Shown: piece after piece, positions 9,832 to 19,388 of the stretch
Numbering within the stretch: position 1 is the first letter of the stretch
How the letters are laid out: each line of letters begins with the position of its first letter
Source of the DNA: a virus
Taxonomy: Duplodnaviria > Caudoviricetes
Length of the DNA stretch: 53,649 bases
Virus record (IMG/VR): IMGVR_UViG_3300038678_000209
Coordinates: 1 to 53,649 of that record
Reading direction: 5' to 3' (one strand)
Position numbers and translations under genes: made by a program
The notes under the pieces: generated by a model
Databases searched by the model: none
Told to the model about the DNA's origin: nothing
What the model saw: only the letters and a program-made list of their open reading frames with translations

Positions 9832-10524
9832 CTAATTCCCTCCCTCAATTTTGATCTTTTCCACATTCACAATCGGCTGGACATTTTGTGACAGCGCAAG
9901 AAGCGCTGTGTCCACCGGCACATTCAACTCGGTTGCAGCGAATTTTGCCGCGCTAATTATACCTGCACATGACGCCTTCATAGCACATGACATTCGGCTA
10001 TGCGGGTCCTCGTGTTCAATCCTTTGGAACCTCGCGCAACGGATGCTCACGCCGCACCCTTCCAAGTCATCTACTACCGTACCGCGCAGCTCCTCTTCCA
10101 TAGCTCGGCTTTGCTCAGCGATAGTCTGGAATTCGTTGTCAGATAGTATCCGCCGCACGCACGCTTCCACAACTGCCAGTATGTGGACGGTAGGTTCATC
10201 GGATGACGCAAGGAACACTCCCAAGTCTACAATGTCGTAGATGATAATGGCGTCTGCGCTTAGCGCTACGCCGTCCCACGTCAGTCCAGTAACCTGTTCA
10301 GTTGACGCGACATTCCTAAGCGCGTGTTCCTTGACAATTGTTTGGCAAGATGTACAAATCCTCCACCCAGTTTCTAGTCCCGGTCCAGGATTCCCGAGTG
10401 TATACCTAACGGCGACTTCTCCTGGTCTTACGACGGCCCACTTCAACGGGAATAGCCAAACCACTGGGGTAACCAGCGCGTTCATCACCAATTCTAGGCA
10501 CCTTGCGAGGAACTCAAGCATCAA
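9832..10524 (-). CDS. SPFH/Band 7 domain membrane protein
   Basis: Hydrophobic N-terminus, VVRPGEVAVRYTLG, LTWDGVALSADAIIIYDIVD, VEACVRRILS. Confidence 0.75.
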   Translation of the reverse strand: MMLEFLARCLELVMNALVTPVVWLFPLKWAVVRPGEVAVRYTLGNPGPGLETGWRICTSCQTIVKEHALRNVASTEQVTGLTWDGVALSADAIIIYDIVDLGVFLASSDEPTVHILAVVEACVRRILSDNEFQTIAEQSRAMEEELRGTVVDDLEGCGVSIRCARFQRIEHEDPHSRMSCAMKASCAGIISAAKFAATELNVPVDTALLALSQNVQPIVNVEKIKIEGGN

Positions 10525-12698
10525 ACGAACCCTTCCACGGGTACTTGCACACCGCCTGGCGGCTGGGTCGGAGGCGCTATGGCGCTGGCAGCAAGTGACT
10601 GGCCTTGTTGCTGTTGCTCAGCCGCAAGCCGCTGCTCAATCTCCGGCAACGCTTCCGCAGCCGCATCCTCTGGCAGCGGCAACCCCGCGGGATAGTCGCC
10701 CTTCATCCGTTCAAGGGCTTCTTTCCAAAGGACGAATTCCTGTTGCACTTCTTCGGTTGCCAGGCCGAACTCGATCTTGGACATGAACCGCTTCAACGCT
10801 CGCAGGTGTATGCTCGGGTCCTGCACGTGCTCGTCAAACTCAACCGGCCCCGGTTCCTTACCGTCGTTGAACAGCAAGATAATTTGCCAGATAGCCTTGC
10901 GCCATGTTTCGTACAAGTCTTTCGGTCCGCCCGGCACGTCCAGGTTTTCCTCGAACACTGCAAGCCAGTAGTTAATGTAGGACTCTTCCGGCGTCGCGCC
11001 AAGCAGCCCCGCCGCGTGATGCTCTGCCAATTCGCGCTTGCGAACGTCGGGGTCAGCGGGCACGCGGTCTTTCACATCCGTCTTGACTTCCCACGGTTGT
11101 GGTATCGGATTCTGCGCTAGTTCAAGCGATCCGGTTTCCGGGTTGAACACAACACCGGCCAGGTTCTCGTCGATGGTTGCTAGCTTAATCGTCTCGCCGC
11201 CCTGCAAGTTTTCGCGCGCCGACTGTAGAATGCGAGAGTAGATCGCAGCCATGCTGTCCGCCAAGTTCGCAGACGGCAGTCCCAATCCGATATTGCCCGT
11301 GTTGAACAGAAACCCGTGTCCTGCGGCGCCAATGTCCCGCCCGGCGGCTTGCCCCTCGTAGAACGGCCCCTGCCCAGCAAGGCTGTCGGATACGTCTTTC
11401 AAAAACACGCCAAAGTTTACGGGCAACAGCCCGATGTTCTTTGGTTGTATACTGATCGGCTGTGCGTTCGACGCTAGCGGATCAATTGTGTACTTATCCA
11501 TGCGCGGGCGGGGGCCGGGCTGGTTGTGCTTCTTCACATCGATGTTCATGCCGCTACTGACATACGTAGTGCCGAACATGTCCATTTCGCGGATGTTCCG
11601 CGCGACAGACGCGATGACCTTCTCGAACTGGTCATTGGCCGGAATCAGTGGTGCCACAAACCCACGTGAGAAGGCTGCTCCAGTATCCGTGTATCGCACT
11701 GCCTGTAACGGGCACACGATTCTGCGGCCTACAGCTTCGTAGTCGTCTTGGTAAATGATCTTGCGGCCGATCTTCAAGATGTACCGCGCCGTATAAGTCG
11801 CGTCATCCATGTACGGGTAGACTTCTTCCATCGGCACGTAGTAGCGGCCTGCCACATCAATGTCACGGTGCTCGTCCGCCTTGCCACTGCCAAGCGGCAC
11901 TCCCACAAATGCGCGCCCGCCGCCAATCTTTGGATCAGCCGGCGTCAGTACGTTGCCGTCTTGCAAGTACCGACCGTGTGTACCTCCCGTTGTTTCAGTA
12001 AGTAGCGAGTGGCCCGGCGGTTGGTTTCCCCACCCCACACGCACTCCAAGCAGATCAGATTCAACGTCGTACAGCGTATCCAAGTTGATGTCCCACCGGG
12101 TCTGTACGTAACTGCGGACCCACTCGTAGGGCATCCACCGCTTCCGCGCAATGCCCTGTATCGACTCGCAGCCCTCCGCAAACGCTGGCAAGAATCGAAG
12201 TTGCCTCGGCGGCACAACTTCGATGTGGTCTGGGTGTTGGGGGTCCGGCATTTCGTGGTGCGCAATGCCAACGATCCCGTACTTTACGAACGGCACTATG
12301 ATCGCGGTCTTAAGCCGATCAAGGTTAAGACCCGCCACACGTGCGTTCAATACCGCATTCGCGATCGCAGCGTTGCGCATGTCACCAAGCGATTCACCGC
12401 GCCGTCCTACTTTCGGCGATATGTCTGCGCGTAGCCACCGCCCCACTTCTACGAGGTAGCGGCGGACGATGTCTTCATAACGAAAGAGCACGTCCCCGCG
12501 CAAATGCTCAAAGCCGACCGCTACACGGCCAGCATACCGGTCGAGTGTCGTGAATTTTCTAGCGCCGCGGAGGTAGCCGTCGATGACTCTCCAGCCGGAC
12601 AAGTTGAGTCCCATTTCAGACTCGGCGGCAGTGAGTTCCATATCTAGGGATTCGGCCAGATGATCTTCGTCAGACGGTAGGTGATACCTTGCCATCAA
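10521..12698 (-). CDS. Portal protein
   Basis: 725 aa, downstream of the terminase. Helical, with a Q/P-rich C-terminus as in podovirus portals. Confidence 0.7.
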   Translation of the reverse strand: MMARYHLPSDEDHLAESLDMELTAAESEMGLNLSGWRVIDGYLRGARKFTTLDRYAGRVAVGFEHLRGDVLFRYEDIVRRYLVEVGRWLRADISPKVGRRGESLGDMRNAAIANAVLNARVAGLNLDRLKTAIIVPFVKYGIVGIAHHEMPDPQHPDHIEVVPPRQLRFLPAFAEGCESIQGIARKRWMPYEWVRSYVQTRWDINLDTLYDVESDLLGVRVGWGNQPPGHSLLTETTGGTHGRYLQDGNVLTPADPKIGGGRAFVGVPLGSGKADEHRDIDVAGRYYVPMEEVYPYMDDATYTARYILKIGRKIIYQDDYEAVGRRIVCPLQAVRYTDTGAAFSRGFVAPLIPANDQFEKVIASVARNIREMDMFGTTYVSSGMNIDVKKHNQPGPRPRMDKYTIDPLASNAQPISIQPKNIGLLPVNFGVFLKDVSDSLAGQGPFYEGQAAGRDIGAAGHGFLFNTGNIGLGLPSANLADSMAAIYSRILQSARENLQGGETIKLATIDENLAGVVFNPETGSLELAQNPIPQPWEVKTDVKDRVPADPDVRKRELAEHHAAGLLGATPEESYINYWLAVFEENLDVPGGPKDLYETWRKAIWQIILLFNDGKEPGPVEFDEHVQDPSIHLRALKRFMSKIEFGLATEEVQQEFVLWKEALERMKGDYPAGLPLPEDAAAEALPEIEQRLAAEQQQQGQSLAASAIAPPTQPPGGVQVPVEGFV

Positions 12699-13054
12699 AT
12701 GTTCTCGTAAGAAGACTCGCCAGGCTCAGTCCAAGTCGTATCTGGTTGCTCCTCGGACGCACGCAACTCCCGCTGCCGCGCATACGTCCCAAACGCCTGG
12801 GCCAAATCGGAATTGCCCATTTGTACGAGCAAGAGTTCTTGAAGCCGATCAACGACAGGTAGCCAGTCCTGTACGGCGCTGCCAGCATGAGGTTGGCCAT
12901 TGGTGGGGACCGGTTGATTTACACGCACTTGCAACTCAGACACCTCGCGGTGCAGGCGTCCAACATCCGCGTGTAAGGATTGAAGAACCTGCGTGAGCTG
13001 GTCTACTGCCACGCGCTTCTGCTTGTTGGGTTTGTCACGATTCCAGAATGCCAT
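12695..13054 (-). CDS. Hypothetical coiled-coil protein
   Basis: GGGGAGG RBS, ATGA overlap with the portal gene, contains element copy 3. Confidence 0.65.
   Translation of the reverse strand: MAFWNRDKPNKQKRVAVDQLTQVLQSLHADVGRLHREVSELQVRVNQPVPTNGQPHAGSAVQDWLPVVDRLQELLLVQMGNSDLAQAFGTYARQRELRASEEQPDTTWTEPGESSYENI
12896..12916 (+). repeat. Dispersed 21-bp element, copy 3
   Basis: 21/21. Inside the 119-aa gene upstream of the portal, encoding QPVPTNG. Confidence 0.95.
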
Positions 13055-13098
13055 GTTGTCCTCCCCCCGCGCTGAGGCGGGTAATTTGGTTCCGCTTT

Positions 13099-13127
13099 AT
13101 TATAGGCCCCGCGCGCCGGGATTTCCA
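13099..13127 (-). promoter_or_regulatory. Sigma70-type promoter for the head operon
   Basis: TGGAAA-N17-TATAAT in the intergenic gap after the terminase. Confidence 0.55.
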
Positions 13128-13151
13128 CTGCGAAGCGAGGCTGTATTTTGT

Positions 13152-15062
13152 TCAGGCATAACCGATTATATCCCAGTCCACGCCGGTCGTATCGTCGCGC
13201 TGGGCCTGCTCCTCCTGCGCGCGGTAGTGGGCTTCCGCGACTTCGTCGGTCAGGCGCCCGGTTGCGATCGCGTGCTCAAAGTTGTCGAAGCCAAGATCGT
13301 CGTGGAGCTTGCCGTCTTTGAGCTGCTGGACCGCGTCAAGCGGGTCGGACGCGACTGAGATCGCAATGGGTGCCGCGCCCTTAGCGATGCCCTGGGTCAT
13401 GGCTACCGTGTCCAGAATGTCGTCGTGCTCCAGCAGGCCCATGTCGCTCGTGAACAGCTTGGTTTGATCCCACAGCGCCTTGTACGCAACTTCGTCCATG
13501 CGGTCTACAGGGTACTTGATGCGGAACTGCTCAAAGCGCCATGCGATACCTTTGATTTTCTCTGCTTTGGAAAACGTAGTGGGGAACTTGATGGGGATAA
13601 TTGCGGGGACCATTGAAGCGGCGCCGTCGGACACGCGCGCTTGTAGCTGCGGGAGCATGTCTTGGTAGAACCGCTCGTAGGTTTCCAGTTGTAGACCATA
13701 CGCCTCGATGCCAATGATATGAACTTGCCACTTAATCGCCATGTCAGTAAGGATTTTGACGAGTGTAGAGCGCTCTACTTTGCCCATCCAAGCGTCCAGG
13801 GAGAACAGCGTGTTGGGGTGGGCCTCAGTAGATTCCAAGCCAAATGCCTGGCACGCGGAGAAATCGGACATGTCGCTGATCGTGGGTGCGTAGTCGGCGG
13901 TGAGTATACGGTACATGCCCTGAACTGCGGGGCCAAAGGGGCGCACGAGCTTGCGCGGCACAGGGACAATGCGCAAGATTTCGGGGTCGTCCGCGTCTCG
14001 CACTTGGTCTAAGCGTGCGACTTGGTGAGTGACCAGCTTGGTTGCGGCTGACTGCAACGGGGACGTTGTATAGACTTGGTCGCGATCCTCCAGGTGGTAG
14101 GTCGTGAGTTCTGGGTGAATCTTGAGAAGCGCCTCTTCGTCTGTGGCCGGCGCGTTGAGACACTGCGCAGAAAATGCGGCCAGGCCAAGCTGCTTCTTTT
14201 CGTTCTCGATCCACTCTTCGTTCATAAACACGTCCGTAGACATATCGTGAACGGTCATCAGCGTGCGGTGGAAGAAGTCCGTAATCTTTGAGTCCTTGGA
14301 CTTGTACAGATTGTAGATGTACATCGCGCGCGAGTAGAGCGTGCCAACAATGCGCATGGGGATGGTTTTGCCCGGCGAACGGGCCATAGGGAGAAGGCCG
14401 TTGAAGAAGAAATCGTGGAAGCCGTGGCGCACGTCACCGGGATTGAGCACCTGCTCTTTGGACTTTTCCACGTCATCCACAACGATCAAGCCGGAGGGGC
14501 GTGTTCCTATGCTGGCGCCCATGAAGGGCTTGGCTTCGATCTTGCAGCGGCTCGTAGTCTCCAAGACGGACCCGCGGTTCCAAGTGCCGCTACCGCGCTT
14601 GGGTTTTTGTTTGCCGAAGTCGTCAATGATCCGAGAGTTGCTTTCCAATTGCGTGGCTAGACGGCCCAAGCGGGACGTGCAAAACTCGCGGGTGGCAAAG
14701 AACGCGGTGCATTCCCAGAACCGGCGCGTGACGAGGTTCCGCAGAATGTCTTCAAGCAGTTTGGTAGTTTTGCAGCCGCCACGCGGTGCGATGTGGATTA
14801 AACGTTTGTGCGTGTACCAGTCGCGTACCCACTCGGCGTGGGCCGGTGGAGACTCCACAAACGTGTCGGAGTACCAACCAGATTCCCAAGGGCGTAAATA
14901 CGTGTCGCAGAAGAATCGATCCGCAGCTACTTCAAGATCGGGTGGGCCATTGAGTGACGCGGCATTGACACGCGCCAGGCGTTTTCCGTCAAACGTTAGG
15001 TCTTCGTAGTCAGGAGGAAGCGGCCAGCGCTCGTTGCCTTCCTTGGGAAAAACAACAGGCAT
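13152..15062 (-). CDS. terL: Terminase large subunit
   Basis: Walker A IAPRGGCKTT, Walker B LIVVDDVE, RNase H-like nuclease residues (ADYA, SDFSA, HDDILD). Confidence 0.88.
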   Translation of the reverse strand: MPVVFPKEGNERWPLPPDYEDLTFDGKRLARVNAASLNGPPDLEVAADRFFCDTYLRPWESGWYSDTFVESPPAHAEWVRDWYTHKRLIHIAPRGGCKTTKLLEDILRNLVTRRFWECTAFFATREFCTSRLGRLATQLESNSRIIDDFGKQKPKRGSGTWNRGSVLETTSRCKIEAKPFMGASIGTRPSGLIVVDDVEKSKEQVLNPGDVRHGFHDFFFNGLLPMARSPGKTIPMRIVGTLYSRAMYIYNLYKSKDSKITDFFHRTLMTVHDMSTDVFMNEEWIENEKKQLGLAAFSAQCLNAPATDEEALLKIHPELTTYHLEDRDQVYTTSPLQSAATKLVTHQVARLDQVRDADDPEILRIVPVPRKLVRPFGPAVQGMYRILTADYAPTISDMSDFSACQAFGLESTEAHPNTLFSLDAWMGKVERSTLVKILTDMAIKWQVHIIGIEAYGLQLETYERFYQDMLPQLQARVSDGAASMVPAIIPIKFPTTFSKAEKIKGIAWRFEQFRIKYPVDRMDEVAYKALWDQTKLFTSDMGLLEHDDILDTVAMTQGIAKGAAPIAISVASDPLDAVQQLKDGKLHDDLGFDNFEHAIATGRLTDEVAEAHYRAQEEQAQRDDTTGVDWDIIGYA

Positions 15063-15253
15063 TATTCCCGCCAGTCAACAGCGTCCCACTTGCCCGTGAA
15101 CACTCCCCATGCCAGTTTGATTCGAGAGCGTATAGAGAACAACCCCAATGGCCTAGCAGGAAGCCACTTCTCTCCCGGCTTACACGCTTGAGGGCCAGTG
15201 GCGACGTGCTTGAACAAATTTACAATATCCCACAAGTTCGGTGCGCGTTTCAT
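15062..15253 (-). CDS. Small hypothetical phage protein
   Basis: GGAGG RBS and TAATG coupling to terL. Motif WLPARPLG...RIKLAWGVFTGK. Confidence 0.7.
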   Translation of the reverse strand: MKRAPNLWDIVNLFKHVATGPQACKPGEKWLPARPLGLFSIRSRIKLAWGVFTGKWDAVDWRE

Positions 15254-15255
15254 TG

Positions 15256-16410
15256 TTACCTCCCTGCCGCGGCGAGCTGGTAGACTGTTAGAAAGCCGGC
15301 GACCATGCCGCAGACGCGCGCGATCTGCTCGTTGCCAATGCAGTTACCGCTGCGCGAGCCACGGAGGAACTTGGACATCTGGTGAACAAACTTGGGGTGC
15401 GCGACCATCGAGTTGAACACCTCGTTGAACGCTTCCCGGCGCTCAGGAGGCCACTCGTTGTACTGGGCCGCGCGGGATAGCTGGCACCAATACTGGCGAA
15501 AGACCTTTTGCGGGTTGCGCTTCAAGATCATTCGCTGCAACTCTTGCAGGCCCTTGTCCAAATCAGGATCGTCTTCGACTTGTGTAGCCACGCATGGAGG
15601 AGGCTCGTCATAAGACGTACCCAGCGTGGGCTCATCGTCAACGTCAGGATCAAGTTCGTCGAGGTCGTCCTGAAGCTCCTCGTCAAGCTCGGCAAGGGCT
15701 TCAGTGGCGTCTTGGGAACGGTCGTCGTTGAAGTTGGGATCCAGAGGTAGGCCCGCGAGTCGACAGTCTTCTTCGCTTGGCGTAAATCGAGTTGTTGGGG
15801 GGGCTTCAGCGCGTTCGTCGCGTTCGGCGAGGGCTCGGACGATCATGTCCACGCCGCGCTCCAAGCGGGACATGCGCTCTTCTAGCATGGCGTTAGTTGA
15901 AATCGGAATCGGTGGAGTCGGGGCCGCAGTCGTTGAGGGAGCCGGACAGCGTGGTCCAACCGGTGGACCCCTCGGGACGGCGGGCTTTGGTGTGTTTCTT
16001 GAGCCCTTTGGACGACCGCGCTTCCGTGGGAGCGGATGCAACGGGTCCAGCTTCGGCGGCTCGGCGTTGCTCAACTGCTGCACGTTCTTCGCGGCCGACG
16101 AGGGATTGGTCCCCAACGGGGGACCCGTCCGGATGTATGGTTGTACTGGAGGCTCGGCGCGGTTCGTCTGCGGCTGAGGTGTGTCGGTGCTCACGTCCGT
16201 CTGGGCGTCGATTTCCTTCTGCCTCGCGCTCCGAGCGCGGAACTCCTCTTTCGACAGTTGAAGGTGGCAGTTGTCCGCTTGGCCGATCTTGACCCGGATT
16301 GGCGTGTCCGAACCGACAGGGGTGGCCAAGGTTTCGGCAGTGCCAGGAAAGTGGCCTCCCGGTCCCGCCAACTGGTTCTCCAAGTCTGGTGGAGTTTGCG
16401 ACTGCGTCAT
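15256..16410 (-). CDS. Pro-rich/acidic protein with an AT-hook motif (possible small terminase or other DNA-binding protein)
   Basis: PRKRGRPKGSRN AT-hook, GGAGG RBS, upstream of terL. Confidence 0.55.
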   Translation of the reverse strand: MTQSQTPPDLENQLAGPGGHFPGTAETLATPVGSDTPIRVKIGQADNCHLQLSKEEFRARSARQKEIDAQTDVSTDTPQPQTNRAEPPVQPYIRTGPPLGTNPSSAAKNVQQLSNAEPPKLDPLHPLPRKRGRPKGSRNTPKPAVPRGPPVGPRCPAPSTTAAPTPPIPISTNAMLEERMSRLERGVDMIVRALAERDERAEAPPTTRFTPSEEDCRLAGLPLDPNFNDDRSQDATEALAELDEELQDDLDELDPDVDDEPTLGTSYDEPPPCVATQVEDDPDLDKGLQELQRMILKRNPQKVFRQYWCQLSRAAQYNEWPPERREAFNEVFNSMVAHPKFVHQMSKFLRGSRSGNCIGNEQIARVCGMVAGFLTVYQLAAAGR

Positions 16411-16497
16411 TGGTTTCCTCCCTTAACTCGTGTTGTGGTTCTACCTCAACCAGTTCGGCCAAGGCCCCATGATACCGTTCAAGTAGCTCAACCGTGG

Positions 16498-16803
16498 TCA
16501 CTTTGTCTTCTCGGGAATCCGTTCAAGCTCTTCAGAACCGCCGCGGAGGCGCTCGGCGAAGCTCTTTAGGGTGCGCAAGCCCCGTAGCAAGTCGCTACCT
16601 GCTTTTCCACGTGGCTTGGGAACCGGACCGAGCAGCTTGTCTGCACGCGCAACAACGCGTTGATACGCAGCGCGTTCTCGTGGGGCGAGTGATCGGGCCT
16701 TGCGGCCAACGGTTACGCGGTTTTTATCAAGTGCAGCTTGCGCAGCTCGCCGTTGAGCCTCAACGTCTTTTCGGGTTCCCGCAGTGGATTTATTCTTTGC
16801 CAT
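16498..16803 (-). CDS. Small highly basic protein
   Basis: 101 aa, K/R/A-rich. Confidence 0.55.
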   Translation of the reverse strand: MAKNKSTAGTRKDVEAQRRAAQAALDKNRVTVGRKARSLAPRERAAYQRVVARADKLLGPVPKPRGKAGSDLLRGLRTLKSFAERLRGGSEELERIPEKTK

Positions 16804-16806
16804 GAG

Positions 16807-17058
16807 TCAACTTTCTTTCGGTACGGCGCGGTGTCTGAACCTGCGCCAGTACGAGTCAGCGTAGTTGCGGCACTTCGGGCAGTGGTTTTCTTCCAACTCG
16901 CTGCCCAGCAAGTCCGCCAGCGCAAACAGTGCGCTGCACGCTATACATTTGACGGTGTTACTATCCGGTCCGTCCAGTTTGAACATCGTAGCATAAGGGA
17001 CAAATGGGTCATCTGGACACACGGTAGCGCCTGCTTCCTTCCCGCGTCTGTGGATCAT
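16807..17058 (-). CDS. Zinc-ribbon protein
   Basis: CIAC...CPKC. ATGA overlap with the upstream gene. Confidence 0.55.
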   Translation of the reverse strand: MIHRRGKEAGATVCPDDPFVPYATMFKLDGPDSNTVKCIACSALFALADLLGSELEENHCPKCRNYADSYWRRFRHRAVPKES

Positions 17059-17678
17059 ACAACCCCCGGCAACGAGTGGCGGTAGTCAGGAGAACGGCCG
17101 TAGTTGGAACGCATCGGTGGCCGTGCAATGGCGCCAGGTGCTCGTTTCTCGGCGCGGGTAGATTCGGCATCAGTGCGCTTGCGGTCTCGGTACCGCTGCA
17201 TGGCCGTGTCGATTTCCATACCAATACCCAACCCAGAGAGCAACCCTTGAAGCGTACCAGATACGCTAGACGGCTGAACGAACGCGGCGCCTTTGAGGAG
17301 CGCGGAGGAAATAGCCTGTTTGCGCTCAGATTCGGCGGACGCGGATGGACTAAGCTTGGTCAAATCTACGGAAACGTCGGGCGGTGTCGGACCAGGAATC
17401 TCCTTCCGAGCGCGGACGCGGCCACGGGGGGCTTGGCTGGATGGCCTTCCTGTAACGCCCAATGGCGAGACGGTACCCCTCCGCGGCTTCCGCTTGCTAC
17501 CTGTCAGTTTTGGTCTAGGTGCCCGCGGTGGTCGTGGTGCTTTCTTGGGCTGTAGTTGCGGGTCGAGTATCTCGCGCGCTGTCGCTCTCCGAGACGGTCT
17601 CGCGAACTCAAACTCAAAGTCCGCACCTCGACCAGAACTTCGCGCTGGAAACGTTTTGTCTAACGGAACGAGCGGCAT
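17055..17678 (-). CDS. Basic R/P-rich protein (possible internal virion protein)
   Basis: 207 aa, very basic, with one Gly-rich hydrophobic segment (GLLSGLGIG). Confidence 0.55.
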   Translation of the reverse strand: MPLVPLDKTFPARSSGRGADFEFEFARPSRRATAREILDPQLQPKKAPRPPRAPRPKLTGSKRKPRRGTVSPLGVTGRPSSQAPRGRVRARKEIPGPTPPDVSVDLTKLSPSASAESERKQAISSALLKGAAFVQPSSVSGTLQGLLSGLGIGMEIDTAMQRYRDRKRTDAESTRAEKRAPGAIARPPMRSNYGRSPDYRHSLPGVV

Positions 17679-17679
17679 C

Positions 17680-17961
17680 TTAGAACCTCAACTGTTGCGC
17701 GAAGTCAAATCCAGCGGCAGCCGCCGACGTTTTCGCGGCCAACTGCTGCTGCTTGAACCGGTTGAGCGTGTCCATTATGGCGGTCATACGCCGGCGCTTT
17801 GGGCGAGACGCAGCCTCTTCCTTCTTGCGCTGCTTCCGGCGCTCCACGTCGGAAAGGATGCCCGTGCCCAAACCAACTGCGCCACCAATTGCACCCGCAG
17901 GACCGAGCAGCGCTCCGGCCGCGCCCGCTCCAGGTCCGCCATAGCCTACACCTGCTGGCAT
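17680..17961 (-). CDS. Gly-zipper plus basic small protein (ejection/pilot-like)
   Basis: GAGAAGALLGPAGAIGGAVGLG followed by RRKQRKKEE. AGGAG RBS. Confidence 0.6.
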   Translation of the reverse strand: MPAGVGYGGPGAGAAGALLGPAGAIGGAVGLGTGILSDVERRKQRKKEEAASRPKRRRMTAIMDTLNRFKQQQLAAKTSAAAAGFDFAQQLRF

Positions 17962-17973
17962 CGTATCGTTCTC

Positions 17974-18132
17974 CTACTTCTGCGCGGCCACAACCAGCGC
18001 GTCGTTGATAGTCTGTTCCCACGCTGCTACGCGGTCCGAAAGTACGTCAAACCCACGTGATAACGGCTCCAGGTTGCAACTGCAACACACCGCGACGCCG
18101 CACACAAAGAGTAAACACGCTAGCTTTTTCAT
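17974..18132 (-). CDS. Small putative lipoprotein
   Basis: MKKLACLLFVCGVAVCCSC signal peptide with a lipobox-like Cys. GAGG RBS, directly after a promoter. Confidence 0.6.
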   Translation of the reverse strand: MKKLACLLFVCGVAVCCSCNLEPLSRGFDVLSDRVAAWEQTINDALVVAAQK

Positions 18133-18180
18133 CTGTTCAAACCTCTCTAGTTTCCCAATGTGCTTCTTCCTCTGCTCTGT

Positions 18181-18209
18181 ATTATAGCCGCAAGCGCGCT
18201 TCCGGTCAA
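18181..18209 (-). promoter_or_regulatory. Sigma70-type promoter
   Basis: TTGACC-N17-TATAAT. Confidence 0.75.
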
Positions 18210-19111
18210 GTTGACCACGCATTGGCCAAGCCATTCAGGCGGTCTTCGGGGGTGCCCTCATAGCAGGCGCGTTCTAGATCGGTCATCGGTCGGGACTCAG
18301 CCTCTTCCTGCGCGGCCCGCAGATTGTCGCCGGTCGGATCAGGCTGGCATGGAACCATGGGAGCGTCCGGCTTCGAGGCATTGGCGTACCGTCTTCGGCG
18401 ACGGCGCTTCTTGGACACGCGAGACGTGTAGCTGCCTGGTGGCTCGGTGTCCCAACCAACCTCCCGTTGGCCGGCAGCGTGGGACTCGACCTTGTCTTCA
18501 TGCGACCACGTGCGGCGCTTGGACTTCTTGTGGGAACGGGCTTCCTCCATGCGCACGTGAGACTGCTCCCGCAGGACATTATCAGCTCGCGCGACGGCTT
18601 CGTGTGAGGGAATGCCCTGCGCGAGCAGCTTGTCGTATTCGCGGACGTGGGCAGGACCGCGGGTGGGGATGCCAGCGCCGACCTTGCGGAACTTCACGCG
18701 GCACCGCTTGTGCCACAAATAGTGACCTTTCAAGCCTTCGCCGTACTCCTCCAGGATTTCGTCCGGCGAGCGCGGGATAGCGTCGAATTCGTCGGTGGCT
18801 TCATTGAAAACTAGATCGCGGCCCACTGCCCACTTGGAGAGGCCAGTGCCGTCAAGCCACTTGGCAGCGATCCAGACGGCATGTTTGGGGTCCATGGGCT
18901 CATTGCACACCCCGCATTGGCCTTCTTGCTGTTTCCACTGGGCGTATTTGCACTGGTAGAGGGCCATGCGCACGTCTGCTGTCGTGAAGCCAACGCGATC
19001 GCACTTGCGGACAGACCCAACACCGGGCTTCCACGTGTTCGTCTTCCGCTTGTTGAACCGACGACCACACGTCTCGCACCTGCCCGTTCGATTCTGACCC
19101 GCGTTTTTCAT
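18206..19111 (-). CDS. Basic Zn-finger-containing protein (possible nuclease or regulator)
   Basis: CETC, CGVC...HKRC motifs. GGAGG RBS. Confidence 0.6.
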   Translation of the reverse strand: MKNAGQNRTGRCETCGRRFNKRKTNTWKPGVGSVRKCDRVGFTTADVRMALYQCKYAQWKQQEGQCGVCNEPMDPKHAVWIAAKWLDGTGLSKWAVGRDLVFNEATDEFDAIPRSPDEILEEYGEGLKGHYLWHKRCRVKFRKVGAGIPTRGPAHVREYDKLLAQGIPSHEAVARADNVLREQSHVRMEEARSHKKSKRRTWSHEDKVESHAAGQREVGWDTEPPGSYTSRVSKKRRRRRRYANASKPDAPMVPCQPDPTGDNLRAAQEEAESRPMTDLERACYEGTPEDRLNGLANAWST

Positions 19112-19239
19112 GCCGAAAACCTCCTTTTCAAGTGAGAGTTAAAAAAACCACCGCGCAAAACGGCATATTGTGATAAGAGAGAAATAGTAATAGCAAGACT
19201 GTCGTTTTGCGCCCCCTCTTTTTCCAGTGACACCGTACC

Positions 19240-19269
19240 ATTATAGCTGCGGGCCGGGCAGCGGGTCAA
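19240..19269 (-). promoter_or_regulatory. Sigma70-type promoter
   Basis: TTGACC-N18-TATAAT. Confidence 0.65.
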
Positions 19270-19388
19270 GTGGGTCATGGGGTTCCTCCGCGGAACAGCA
19301 GGATGAGCCAATAGACCGCGGCTGCCACGAAGGCGAGCGCGACGGCGCCGGCACACGCGAGGATGACCCAACCGATCAGATGCACGGG

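Noticed and set aside
16105-16126. Additional copies of the 21-bp element (also near 49274)
   Set aside because: Only GGTCCCCA-level matches, which are expected by chance in GC-rich DNA.
15893-16501. 202-aa ORF overlapping the AT-hook gene
   Set aside because: The first ~30 codons fill a gap and may be real, but the remainder is an alternative frame of 15256-16410. Not enough support to call.
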